A stretch of 64,000 bases of DNA from a virus. The position numbers and the translations under genes are program-made. The notes beneath the pieces are model-generated. The model had not been told where the DNA came from and made no database searches. It saw nothing but the letters and a program-made list of their open reading frames with translations. The stretch spans positions 1 through 64,000 of IMG/VR virus record IMGVR_UViG_3300027976_000020; one strand, 5' to 3'. Below, piece by piece: positions 38,917-47,499 of this stretch (the stretch's first letter is position 1; each line of letters starts with the position of its first letter).

Positions 38917-39474
38917 ATGTATCACGGTCCATTAAGAACTACAACACCGCCAGCAAGAATTAATGATGATTTAATCTTAACCGAGCGGTTTCACGACATT
39001 ATGTCGAAATATCAACACTTGTTCAGAGATAATAATTATCAACATCCATTGATTGTAGGTGGGTCAAATCATTGGAACACTAAATTCAACGCAGATTTTT
39101 TAAAAAAAACGTTTGTTTATGTCATCACCGAAACGGTGTCCGAGTATCCTCACCGATACTTTAGTGAGAAAACATGGAAGGCCATGGTAACCGGTGTTCC
39201 CTTTATGATAGTAGGAAGCCAAAATAGTTTGCAAGAATTACAAAATTTTGGTTTTAAAACATTTAATAAATGGTGGAGTGAACACTACGATACATTGCCA
39301 ACTACCGTCGAAAGAATAGAATCATTAGTTATTGAATTAAAAACACTGTCTGAGTTGGACAATAAGACGCTGTTACAAATTAGATCAGAAATGCAGTCGA
39401 CTATAAATCATAATTTTAATCAACTTAAAATTTTTAAAAATAAACAGCTTGACAACATACGAAATAAAATATAA
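38917..39474 (+). CDS. C-terminal part of a split glycosyltransferase-like gene (GT10-like)
   Basis: VITETVSEYP..SEKTWK..GFKTF..EHYD parallels 447..1517. Confidence 0.55.
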   Translation: MYHGPLRTTTPPARINDDLILTERFHDIMSKYQHLFRDNNYQHPLIVGGSNHWNTKFNADFLKKTFVYVITETVSEYPHRYFSEKTWKAMVTGVPFMIVGSQNSLQELQNFGFKTFNKWWSEHYDTLPTTVERIESLVIELKTLSELDNKTLLQIRSEMQSTINHNFNQLKIFKNKQLDNIRNKI

Positions 39475-39482
39475 AATACAAG

Positions 39483-41564
39483 ATGATCCAAATTCGTAAT
39501 CTTACTGTAAAAAACTTCATGAGCGTGGGCAATGCTACCCAGGCTATTGACTTTGACCGCAACGACCTGACATTGGTACTAGGCGAAAATCTTGACATGG
39601 GTGGCGACGGAAGTCGCAACGGCACAGGCAAGACCACAATTATCAACGCACTTAGCTATGCGCTGTACGGGACAGCACTCAGCAATATCCGCAAGGATAA
39701 CTTGGTCAACAAAACCAATGCTAAAAACATGATGGTCAGTTTGGACTTTGGAGTAGGTGGTAAAGAATACAGAATTGAACGCGGTCGCAAACCCAATGTA
39801 CTACGGTTCTACATAAACAATCAAGAACAAGAAGCAACAGACAACGCACAAGGTGACAGTCGCGAGACTCAGCAGGCCATTGAACGCACACTCGGACTCA
39901 GTCACGATATGTTCAAGCATATTTTGGCACTGAACACTTACACTGAACCGTTTTTGAGTTTGAGAGCCAACGACCAAAGAACAATCATTGAGCAACTGCT
40001 GGGCATTACCCTGCTGAGTGAACGTGCTGATCGTATCAAAGAACTCAATCGCGAAACCAAGGACGGCATTTCACAAGAAGAATTCCGTATTCGCGCTGTA
40101 CAAGAAGCCAACAAACGAATTGAAGAACAAATTGACAGTTTGAAACGCAGACTAGCACTTTGGCAAAAAAAGCACAACGATGATCTGGCTTACTTGGTAA
40201 AGAAGCACGACCATCTTAAAGAAATTGATATTGATGTTGAATTGCAAGCACACAAAGATCTAGCAATTTGGAACACAGCAAAACAGCAACAAGATGCATA
40301 TACTGCATTGCTTGCCAGGCAGACCACTTGGAAACAAAAGCAACTAAACGATGTTACTGATCTCAATGATAGTTATGTCAAGCTCGGTTATATTGACATT
40401 GTTGCTGAATTACAGTCACATGTTGATGTAGCTGCATATGTTCAAAAGTCAAAAGACATTACTGAGCTGAAGTCACTGATTGCCAGATGCGAATCAGACG
40501 AAAAAAAGGAAACCAAAGTTGTTGCCAAGATCAAGGCAGAAATTGCAGATCTAACGGACCACAAGTGTTATGCATGTGGTCAAGATTTTCACGACGCCAA
40601 TTATGCTGCAGTAATGACTGCTAAAAATGCAGCACTACAAGAAGCGGCGTTGCAAGTACTTGCAACAAACGGTCAATGGATAGAGCACACAGAGTCACTT
40701 GCTGTGCTAGGGCCATTGGGCAAATTGCCCACTACCCATTATAAAACACAAACTGAAGCAATTCGGCATTCAGGCGATTTAAAAAATATCTATCAGCAGA
40801 TCAACGCTCGGACAAATGAAGTAGATCCGTATGCTGATCAATTGATGGAACACTCTGGTGTGGTGCTGAGCACACAGCCAAAAACTCATTACGACACAGA
40901 AACAGAGGCAATTGATCATCGTAGTCAGTGCAACAACTATCTATACCAAATTGAAACTAAAAACAACGATACTGATCCATATACTGAGCAGATTGAAGAA
41001 ATGCAAGCACAAGCATTGCAGGAAGTCAGCTACGACACAGTTAACGAACTTACCCGACTACAAGAGCATCAAGAGTTTTTGTTAAAGTTATTAACCAGCA
41101 AAGACAGTTTTATTCGTAAGAAGATCATTGAACAAAACCTAAGTTACTTAAATACAAGACTTACATATTATCTTGATCGTATTGGGTTGCCGCACACTGT
41201 TGTGTTTCAAAATGATCTGAGCGTAAGTATCGAAGAATTAGGACGTGAATTAGACTTTGACAATTTGAGTCGTGGTGAACGCAATAGACTTATACTCAGT
41301 ATGAGTTGGGCGTTCCGTGATGTGTACGAAAGTTTATACCAACCAATCAACGTGTTGTTTATTGACGAAATGATTGATTCTGGCATGGACACACAAGGTG
41401 TCGAAAACAGTTTGGCATTGCTCAAGCACATGAGCCGAGAGCGTCACAAGAGCATCTGGCTAGTGAGTCACAGAGACGAACTAGCAGGCCGTGTTGAGAA
41501 CATTCTTAAAGTGGTCAAAGAAAACGGCTTTACCAGCTACAATACGTATGTCGAATTACCATAA
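39483..41564 (+). CDS. gp46: Recombination ATPase subunit (gp46, Rad50/SbcC-like)
   Basis: KNFMSVGN, Walker A NGTGKT, zinc hook CYACG, signature LSRGE, Walker B FIDE, VSH. Confidence 0.93.
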   Translation: MIQIRNLTVKNFMSVGNATQAIDFDRNDLTLVLGENLDMGGDGSRNGTGKTTIINALSYALYGTALSNIRKDNLVNKTNAKNMMVSLDFGVGGKEYRIERGRKPNVLRFYINNQEQEATDNAQGDSRETQQAIERTLGLSHDMFKHILALNTYTEPFLSLRANDQRTIIEQLLGITLLSERADRIKELNRETKDGISQEEFRIRAVQEANKRIEEQIDSLKRRLALWQKKHNDDLAYLVKKHDHLKEIDIDVELQAHKDLAIWNTAKQQQDAYTALLARQTTWKQKQLNDVTDLNDSYVKLGYIDIVAELQSHVDVAAYVQKSKDITELKSLIARCESDEKKETKVVAKIKAEIADLTDHKCYACGQDFHDANYAAVMTAKNAALQEAALQVLATNGQWIEHTESLAVLGPLGKLPTTHYKTQTEAIRHSGDLKNIYQQINARTNEVDPYADQLMEHSGVVLSTQPKTHYDTETEAIDHRSQCNNYLYQIETKNNDTDPYTEQIEEMQAQALQEVSYDTVNELTRLQEHQEFLLKLLTSKDSFIRKKIIEQNLSYLNTRLTYYLDRIGLPHTVVFQNDLSVSIEELGRELDFDNLSRGERNRLILSMSWAFRDVYESLYQPINVLFIDEMIDSGMDTQGVENSLALLKHMSRERHKSIWLVSHRDELAGRVENILKVVKENGFTSYNTYVELP

Positions 41565-41568
41565 CAAC

Positions 41569-43071
41569 ATGTCCGATGCAATAATTTTATCTGTTCCGCG
41601 TATGGCTGCAGTGCGGCCGGCTGCAGGTCCTGCTATCATTAAACAAATTTACAACCAACACGGCGTATCAAGCAAATGCCTGGATATCAATCTTGATTAC
41701 TGGACAAGATTTCAACAAGAGTGCGATCTTGAAATTTGGAACAATATTGACGAGTTTTTGTTTATAAAAAATGCCAAGCTGAGCGCTGCTGCAGAACAAA
41801 AATTTAATGAGTTTATAGATCATTGGGTTACAATAATAAATCAATACAATCCTCGGCAATTATTAATCAGCGTGTTCAGCTGGCAAGCACAACAGTTTAC
41901 TGAAAAATTCTTAGAAAAATTTAGATTGCAAAGCACCTGTGAAGTTATCATTGGCGGCCAAGGACTTATTAGAGAAGAAAACGGAAGTTTTTCTCTTGTG
42001 CCTTCATTTGCTCATTATCTCAAAGATAAAAATCTAATTGACCATTGGATAAGAGGCGAGGCAGAATCTACTATTCCTGAAATCATACGTGGGAATTATT
42101 CAGCAGCAGGAATTGACACTAATTTTCTAGCAGAAAGAAGCGACATCAAATCACATACAGCAATGGACTTTAGTGATTTTGATATTACTTCTTATAAGAA
42201 TGGCACCGAGCACGGCGTATTACCCATCGAAAGTTCCAGAGGGTGTATTAGAAGTTGCATGTTTTGTGATATTCCTACCATGCAAGGAGGATTTCGGGTC
42301 AAACCAGGATTACAACTTGCAAACGAAATGCTACAGTATTATGAAAAATACGGTGTTCGTACCTTCTTTTTTCATGATGCACTGTGCAACGGCAGTATGA
42401 AAGACTTTCGCATATTCAATCAGACATTAATAAATTATTACGAAGAAAAAGGATTGCCGGATCGTACACTAAGTTATAGCAGTCATGCAATTGTACGAAC
42501 ACAGGCTGCTATGGCTCCAAAAGATTTTGAACTTATGGGCAGAGCGGGTGCCGAAACAATGGTGCTAGGAATCGAAAGCGGCAGTGATGCTGTACTTGCT
42601 AGTATGCGCAAAGGGTTTACACAAGAAGATTTAAACTACAATATTCAAGAATACAGTAAAAATAGTATTCAGGTATATTTTTTAATTATAACTGGATGGC
42701 CAACCGAAACTGAAAAAGATCATCAAGACACTGTGGATATGCTAACTCGCTATCAAAAGTATGTAGCGGACGGAACTATCATTGGAGTTAATTTAGGTAC
42801 CACACTCACTATCGAGCAAGGAACACCGTTATATGATAATCCATTGTCAATCAATGTTGTAGGAATTAACAATCGTCCTCCGCAAGGAACCGAATGGGTA
42901 TGCACTACCAACACTGAGCTAACTTATAAACGCAGAATCATGCGCAGAATAGAGATTCAAGAACACTGTCACAATCTTGGGTACACTTTCTGGAAGGGCG
43001 ACGACCAACTCAAAATTATGATGGACAAATATCAAGAAAGACTATCCATGATACAGGGGATGATACATTGA
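41569..43071 (+). CDS. B12-binding-domain radical SAM protein (class B-like)
   Basis: IIGG and IRGEAE in a Rossmann-like N-terminus; SRGCIRSCMFC; GIESGS; ITGWPTET; likely ATG at 41569 (ORF track starts 41491). Confidence 0.85.
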   Translation: MSDAIILSVPRMAAVRPAAGPAIIKQIYNQHGVSSKCLDINLDYWTRFQQECDLEIWNNIDEFLFIKNAKLSAAAEQKFNEFIDHWVTIINQYNPRQLLISVFSWQAQQFTEKFLEKFRLQSTCEVIIGGQGLIREENGSFSLVPSFAHYLKDKNLIDHWIRGEAESTIPEIIRGNYSAAGIDTNFLAERSDIKSHTAMDFSDFDITSYKNGTEHGVLPIESSRGCIRSCMFCDIPTMQGGFRVKPGLQLANEMLQYYEKYGVRTFFFHDALCNGSMKDFRIFNQTLINYYEEKGLPDRTLSYSSHAIVRTQAAMAPKDFELMGRAGAETMVLGIESGSDAVLASMRKGFTQEDLNYNIQEYSKNSIQVYFLIITGWPTETEKDHQDTVDMLTRYQKYVADGTIIGVNLGTTLTIEQGTPLYDNPLSINVVGINNRPPQGTEWVCTTNTELTYKRRIMRRIEIQEHCHNLGYTFWKGDDQLKIMMDKYQERLSMIQGMIH

Positions 43072-43583
43072 AAATCAACATTGCATTGAACGTTGAAAAA
43101 CGACTAGGAGATCCGCTGATTAAAATAACAATCGATGACTACATGTTGTTGTACGAAGGAGCAGCTCGAGAACAATTTGAGTTTGATGTAATGCTAGAAG
43201 ACGGCCATCATGAAATTAAAATCACACACTATGGTAAAACTATACATCACCATCAACTCGACGACAACGGAAAAATAGTAATTGACCGTCACGTGGAGAT
43301 TTCAGGTATCACACTTGACGAAGTTGTGCTCAAAGACGAGCTGTGGTCTGGCAGATTTTTTCCAGTTTATTTGCACAAAGCTGATCATGAGCCGTATTTT
43401 ATATGTCCTAATTTATATCTTGGACACAACGGAACTTGGATCATGGAGTTTAGTACACCTGCTATTCAATGGTTAATCAATCGCCGAAAGCCCGGGCTGG
43501 ATTTAAATAATACCATTTTCAAATCCGGGCATGATGTTTTACTACAAATGAAAAGTAAATTTACGGATTTCCCTGATGTTTAA
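43068..43583 (+). CDS. Hypothetical protein
   Basis: 171-aa ORF overlapping both neighbours. Confidence 0.7.
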   Translation: MKINIALNVEKRLGDPLIKITIDDYMLLYEGAAREQFEFDVMLEDGHHEIKITHYGKTIHHHQLDDNGKIVIDRHVEISGITLDEVVLKDELWSGRFFPVYLHKADHEPYFICPNLYLGHNGTWIMEFSTPAIQWLINRRKPGLDLNNTIFKSGHDVLLQMKSKFTDFPDV

Positions 43584-44691
43584 TTACAACATAATCGACG
43601 AGTACCAAATTGAGATCACCACATACTGCAATGCAGCGTGTCCCCAGTGTCCGAGAAATCTCAACGGGTACGGTATCAATCCGCACATGCCGTTGACCCA
43701 CTTGTCTAGAATTGCAATTGATACCACGTTTGATATTGCATTGTGTACTAGATTACGGCAAATATTTTTTTGCGGAAGTTACGGAGATCCTATTATGCAT
43801 CCGGAGTTTCTTGATATATTAAGAGACTTTAGACGTAAGAATCCCACATTGTGGCTATACATACACACAAACGGCGGTGTACATAATACAGGCTACTGGT
43901 CCGAAATTGCTAAAATAATGAACGGCTATGGGCAAATTGATTTTGGCATCGATGGACTCGAAGACACTTTACATTTGTACAGAAAGAATGTAAAATACAG
44001 TAAGGTTATAGAGAACGCAAAAGCATTTATTGACGCTGGCGGGCGGGCACAATGGAATTTTATTGTGTTCAAACATAATCAGCATCAAGTTGAAGAAGTT
44101 AAACAACTAGGAAAAGAATTAAAGTTTTTTAATGTTTTGATTAGAAAAACAGGAAGATTCTTTAATCATGCAACAGTAGAAGAAATGAAGACTTGGCCAG
44201 TCAAAGACGAATATGTGTTAGAACCGCCAAGTTTGCCAGAGTATCAAAATCAAAGCATGTTGTTTTTGCCTGATCTGAAAAAAGAATATAATGATATCAA
44301 AGAATATTTTGATACAACAGAAATAAAATGTGATGCGTTGCTTGGTAAAAAAGTTGCCATCAATGCAGAAGGATTAGTGCTACCATGTAATTTTCTCAAT
44401 CATAATTTATACGATCGACGATTTTACGAAGACGAAGTATTACCCGGTGCTAATTCATTAAGCACTGTTAACGGTAAGAATCAAACACGCGAGTTTTTAG
44501 AATCGTATAATTTAGACAGTTTTGACATTAATAAAAACAGTTTAGAAAATATTTTTATCAATCCCATGTGGAATGATTTAGTTGCCAGTTGGAATAAAAC
44601 ATTATCGCAAGGCAGATTATTTGAGTGCGCAATGACATGCGGTTCAAAATTAACAAAAGTTTGGGATCAAGGAGGATCTATAAAATTATGA
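43576..44691 (+). CDS. Radical SAM protein with SPASM/twitch-like C-terminus
   Basis: YCNAACPQC, CGSYGDP, HTNG, IDG, PC..ECAMTC. Confidence 0.88.
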   Translation: MFNYNIIDEYQIEITTYCNAACPQCPRNLNGYGINPHMPLTHLSRIAIDTTFDIALCTRLRQIFFCGSYGDPIMHPEFLDILRDFRRKNPTLWLYIHTNGGVHNTGYWSEIAKIMNGYGQIDFGIDGLEDTLHLYRKNVKYSKVIENAKAFIDAGGRAQWNFIVFKHNQHQVEEVKQLGKELKFFNVLIRKTGRFFNHATVEEMKTWPVKDEYVLEPPSLPEYQNQSMLFLPDLKKEYNDIKEYFDTTEIKCDALLGKKVAINAEGLVLPCNFLNHNLYDRRFYEDEVLPGANSLSTVNGKNQTREFLESYNLDSFDINKNSLENIFINPMWNDLVASWNKTLSQGRLFECAMTCGSKLTKVWDQGGSIKL

Positions 44692-45266
44692 AATATATGA
44701 TAACAGGCGGCAATAGAGGACTAGGCGAAGCACTGTGTGCTCATTACAATGGTGACAGTTATAGTCGCAACAGTGGTTACGACATTACCAAAGACCGAGA
44801 AAAATTAGTAGAGGCAAGTTTACAATACGATGTGTTTGTTAACAATGCGTTTGACGGACCTTTTCAAGAATCGTGGGCCGACTTTGCACAAGTTAAATTA
44901 TTGTTTGATGTTGCTACAGCATGGAAAAATGCCAACAAAATTGGCCACATCATCAACATTGGTAGCTCTGGAAGTGAATCTATTGTGGCACCGGCCCCTG
45001 CATGGGAAACTTACCGTGTCAGCAAAGCAGCCTTAAAACATCATAGTTTACAATGGACACAAGCGTTCAAAACAAACCAAGCACCGTTTAGAACAAGTCT
45101 AATCACATTGGATCGATTAGACACTGTACTAAGCCGTAGTCGTCCAAACTGGACAGGCAACGGTATTGATTTGTCCGATGTGAGCAATATGATCGACACT
45201 TGCATTAGCGTAAAAAACAACACCTGCATAGGCGAAATTACTGCCTGGGTAAACTTTGACGCATAA
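44688..45266 (+). CDS. Short-chain dehydrogenase/reductase
   Basis: TGGNRGLG, NNA, INIGS, YRVSK (YxxxK); ATGA-coupled start at 44688. Confidence 0.85.
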   Translation: MKYMITGGNRGLGEALCAHYNGDSYSRNSGYDITKDREKLVEASLQYDVFVNNAFDGPFQESWADFAQVKLLFDVATAWKNANKIGHIINIGSSGSESIVAPAPAWETYRVSKAALKHHSLQWTQAFKTNQAPFRTSLITLDRLDTVLSRSRPNWTGNGIDLSDVSNMIDTCISVKNNTCIGEITAWVNFDA

Positions 45267-45341
45267 TCACTAAAAATATAATACTAATTCATCAACAGGC
45301 ATAACTATACAACATAACAGGCAACTCATCAAATAAAACAC

Positions 45342-45776
45342 ATGACATCATGGTACTATCAAAACATCTCAGTTGAGACATTACCCGAAGAATGTGTTGG
45401 ATTTGTATACTTAATCACAAATAATCTCTCCGGACGCAAGTACATAGGCAAAAAATTAGCAAAGTTCTCAAAAACATCAGTAAAAGTAGTAAAACAAAAG
45501 AACGGCATCAAAAAGAAAAAGCGCATACGCACAAAAATCGACAGTGATTGGCGTGAGTACTACGGATCAAGTATTGATCTAGCCGCAGACATCTTAACTT
45601 TAGGCACCGAAAACTTCTCCAGAGAAATACTTTATTATTGCGCATCCAAGGCAGCATGTTCATACATTGAAGCCAGAGAACAGTTCAATAGAAAAGTATT
45701 GGAATCAGACGATTATTACAATGGACAAATCAGTGTACGTGTACACGGTAGTCACATCAAAAACAAAACACTTTAA
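45342..45776 (+). CDS. Compact GIY-YIG family endonuclease
   Basis: GFVYLITN..RKYIGKK, YYGS, FSREIL, E..EQ, YYN; very basic insertion KVVKQKNGIKKKKRIRTK. Confidence 0.8.
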   Translation: MTSWYYQNISVETLPEECVGFVYLITNNLSGRKYIGKKLAKFSKTSVKVVKQKNGIKKKKRIRTKIDSDWREYYGSSIDLAADILTLGTENFSREILYYCASKAACSYIEAREQFNRKVLESDDYYNGQISVRVHGSHIKNKTL

Positions 45777-45780
45777 ATTC

Positions 45781-46106
45781 GATTACGACTCTGTGTTGGG
45801 TGCAATGGCCCAACCCCATTGAAGAACGGTGCAATACCCGGTCCGGACTTGGGTGTCAAAGGACAATGCTAACTTAAGGCAACAAATGGTTTGGGCTATG
45901 TGAAAAAGATACACCCCATGCTTATAGGACTTCGATTTATTATGGGGTCACTAGGGTTCCGTTGATACGTGAAGCTAGAGTAAGGGGTACCGGTCAACCG
46001 CCTCTGTGTAAGCAATTACAATCTCTTGATAATAAAGGCTGCTACACTCAGATAATGCTGTAAAAACCTTTTCACCGTGCATACGGTGAATTGTGACTGC
46101 GTAATC
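45781..46106 (+). ncRNA. Candidate large structured non-coding RNA downstream of the GIY-YIG gene
   Basis: No ORF in the track; terminal helix GATTACG/CGTAATC; many internal helices; a GCAA tetraloop; strand inferred from context and the tetraloop. Confidence 0.5.
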
Positions 46107-46173
46107 TAGATAATACTAGATACATTGATTGTTCTAACAAATAAAAAAAATTGATGAACGAAGTGAAATCAAT

Positions 46174-46191
46174 AGACTTGCTAGCAAGTCT
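46174..46191. repeat. Perfect 18-bp palindrome at a convergent gene junction
   Basis: AGACTTGCTAGCAAGTCT. Confidence 0.85.
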
Positions 46192-46728
46192 TTAACGTAT
46201 AGATAACTCTTTTAATTTGTTTATGTAATGCTTTTCACCTAAGGAAACTGTGTGTTTCCAATCTACATTTGCATTGCTGTCGGCTAAATCTGAGATATAT
46301 TTAAAACAAGTAAATTCTATTTTTGAATATTGGCATGCTTTGGCTATAGCATATGCTTCCATGTCAACCAAGTCTGCGGGTATTTCCAATACAGGATTGG
46401 ATACAAAATTATCTCCTGTGCTGCACGTGATACCATCAATGCCTATGGCTATATCTGATTCAAATGGCGTTTGTCCTGCTTTAAGTCCAAACGCTTTACA
46501 ATCCATGTCTCGCTGAACAAAGCGTGTGCACTGATACAATCCTGTGCCCACAGTGATACCACCTGCTGTACCAAAGTTTATAATGTGCTTTGGTTTGTAT
46601 TGTTCAATAAGACGGGCAGTACACAAGGCCGCATTGACCTTGCCTACTCCTGTAAAAAATACATTATCTCGGTGTTGTAACTCCAGCGGTGCTTCGTTGC
46701 TGATAGCAATCAAGATAATGGTATCCAT
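46192..46728 (-). CDS. mtnN: 5'-methylthioadenosine/SAH nucleosidase (PNP_UDP_1 family)
   Basis: GVGKVNAA, INFGTAG, STGDNF, VDMEAYAIA, ISD; TAATG-coupled ATG at 46728. Confidence 0.85.
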   Translation of the reverse strand: MDTIILIAISNEAPLELQHRDNVFFTGVGKVNAALCTARLIEQYKPKHIINFGTAGGITVGTGLYQCTRFVQRDMDCKAFGLKAGQTPFESDIAIGIDGITCSTGDNFVSNPVLEIPADLVDMEAYAIAKACQYSKIEFTCFKYISDLADSNANVDWKHTVSLGEKHYINKLKELSIR

Positions 46729-47066
46729 TAGAACTGATCCGGCCAATCACGGAACAGTGCATGTTGAATAGTGTTGCAATCAACAAACTGGTTAAATGAT
46801 TTGTGTTTCACTTCGAGCTCGCCTTCTAGCGGCGCAACTCGTTTAAATGCACTGTCCATTTGTGCCATGCCAGTGAACTCCATAAGTATCATCCACTCAG
46901 GCATGTCTGCAATGCTGCGGAATCCCAGTTTACAACGAGTAATTCTGTAACTTTCCATTTTGCCTTCACCAATTAAATGATCAAAAAAACTTTTCATTCC
47001 GTTGACCCATTCAAGGTCTGTAAGGTCGCCTTCTTTGTTTGCCCAAATTGTATATACGTCTGCCAT
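46728..47066 (-). CDS. DUF6614-like protein
   Basis: YRITRCKLGF..PEWMILMEF..QMDSAF..ALFRDWPD pattern, recalled from memory. Confidence 0.55.
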   Translation of the reverse strand: MADVYTIWANKEGDLTDLEWVNGMKSFFDHLIGEGKMESYRITRCKLGFRSIADMPEWMILMEFTGMAQMDSAFKRVAPLEGELEVKHKSFNQFVDCNTIQHALFRDWPDQF

Positions 47067-47067
47067 G

Positions 47068-47499
47068 TTATAGTGGTCCTAAAATTTCAAAGCCCTGCAT
47101 GCTTTGTTTGTATAAGTGAGCCTGTTCCAGATACAAGTATTCAAAACCCCGCTCACGATATATTGCACACTCAGTTTGTAAACTTTCTATACCAAGCCGT
47201 AGCTTGGGTGTTCGATAGTCCCAGGCAAACTGAGCGCACAATGCGTTCTTGCTGTTGTAGCGTTCAATCAAACTGAACGCTACCAATTCTCCGTTGTTGC
47301 GATAACCAACAACATCTGTGTTTGGTGCTGTGTATCTACAATCAAATATAGGCATTACACTGGCAAAATGTCGATAGATACAGTAGCGTTTGTATATTTC
47401 GTTCAACTGATCTATGTCTGGATCTGTTATGTAATACCAGTCGCATGTCTGCTTGTAATCAGTTTTACTAAGATCTATTCTGGCAAATTGATAACTCAC
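47068..47499 (-). CDS. Arginyl-tRNA-protein transferase C-terminal (GNAT)-like protein
   Basis: ELVAFS..FAWDY..LRLGIESL..E...GFEYLYL..YK resembles ATE_C; probable GTG at 47499 (ORF track extends to 47550). Confidence 0.6.
   Translation of the reverse strand: MSYQFARIDLSKTDYKQTCDWYYITDPDIDQLNEIYKRYCIYRHFASVMPIFDCRYTAPNTDVVGYRNNGELVAFSLIERYNSKNALCAQFAWDYRTPKLRLGIESLQTECAIYRERGFEYLYLEQAHLYKQSMQGFEILGPL

Noticed and set aside
45781-46106. Group I intron, tmRNA or RNase P identity for the structured region
   Set aside because: No interrupted host gene flanks it, and I could not find P7/R-S elements, tRNA-like ends or the RNase P GAGGAAAGUCC motif by eye. A covariance-model search is still needed.
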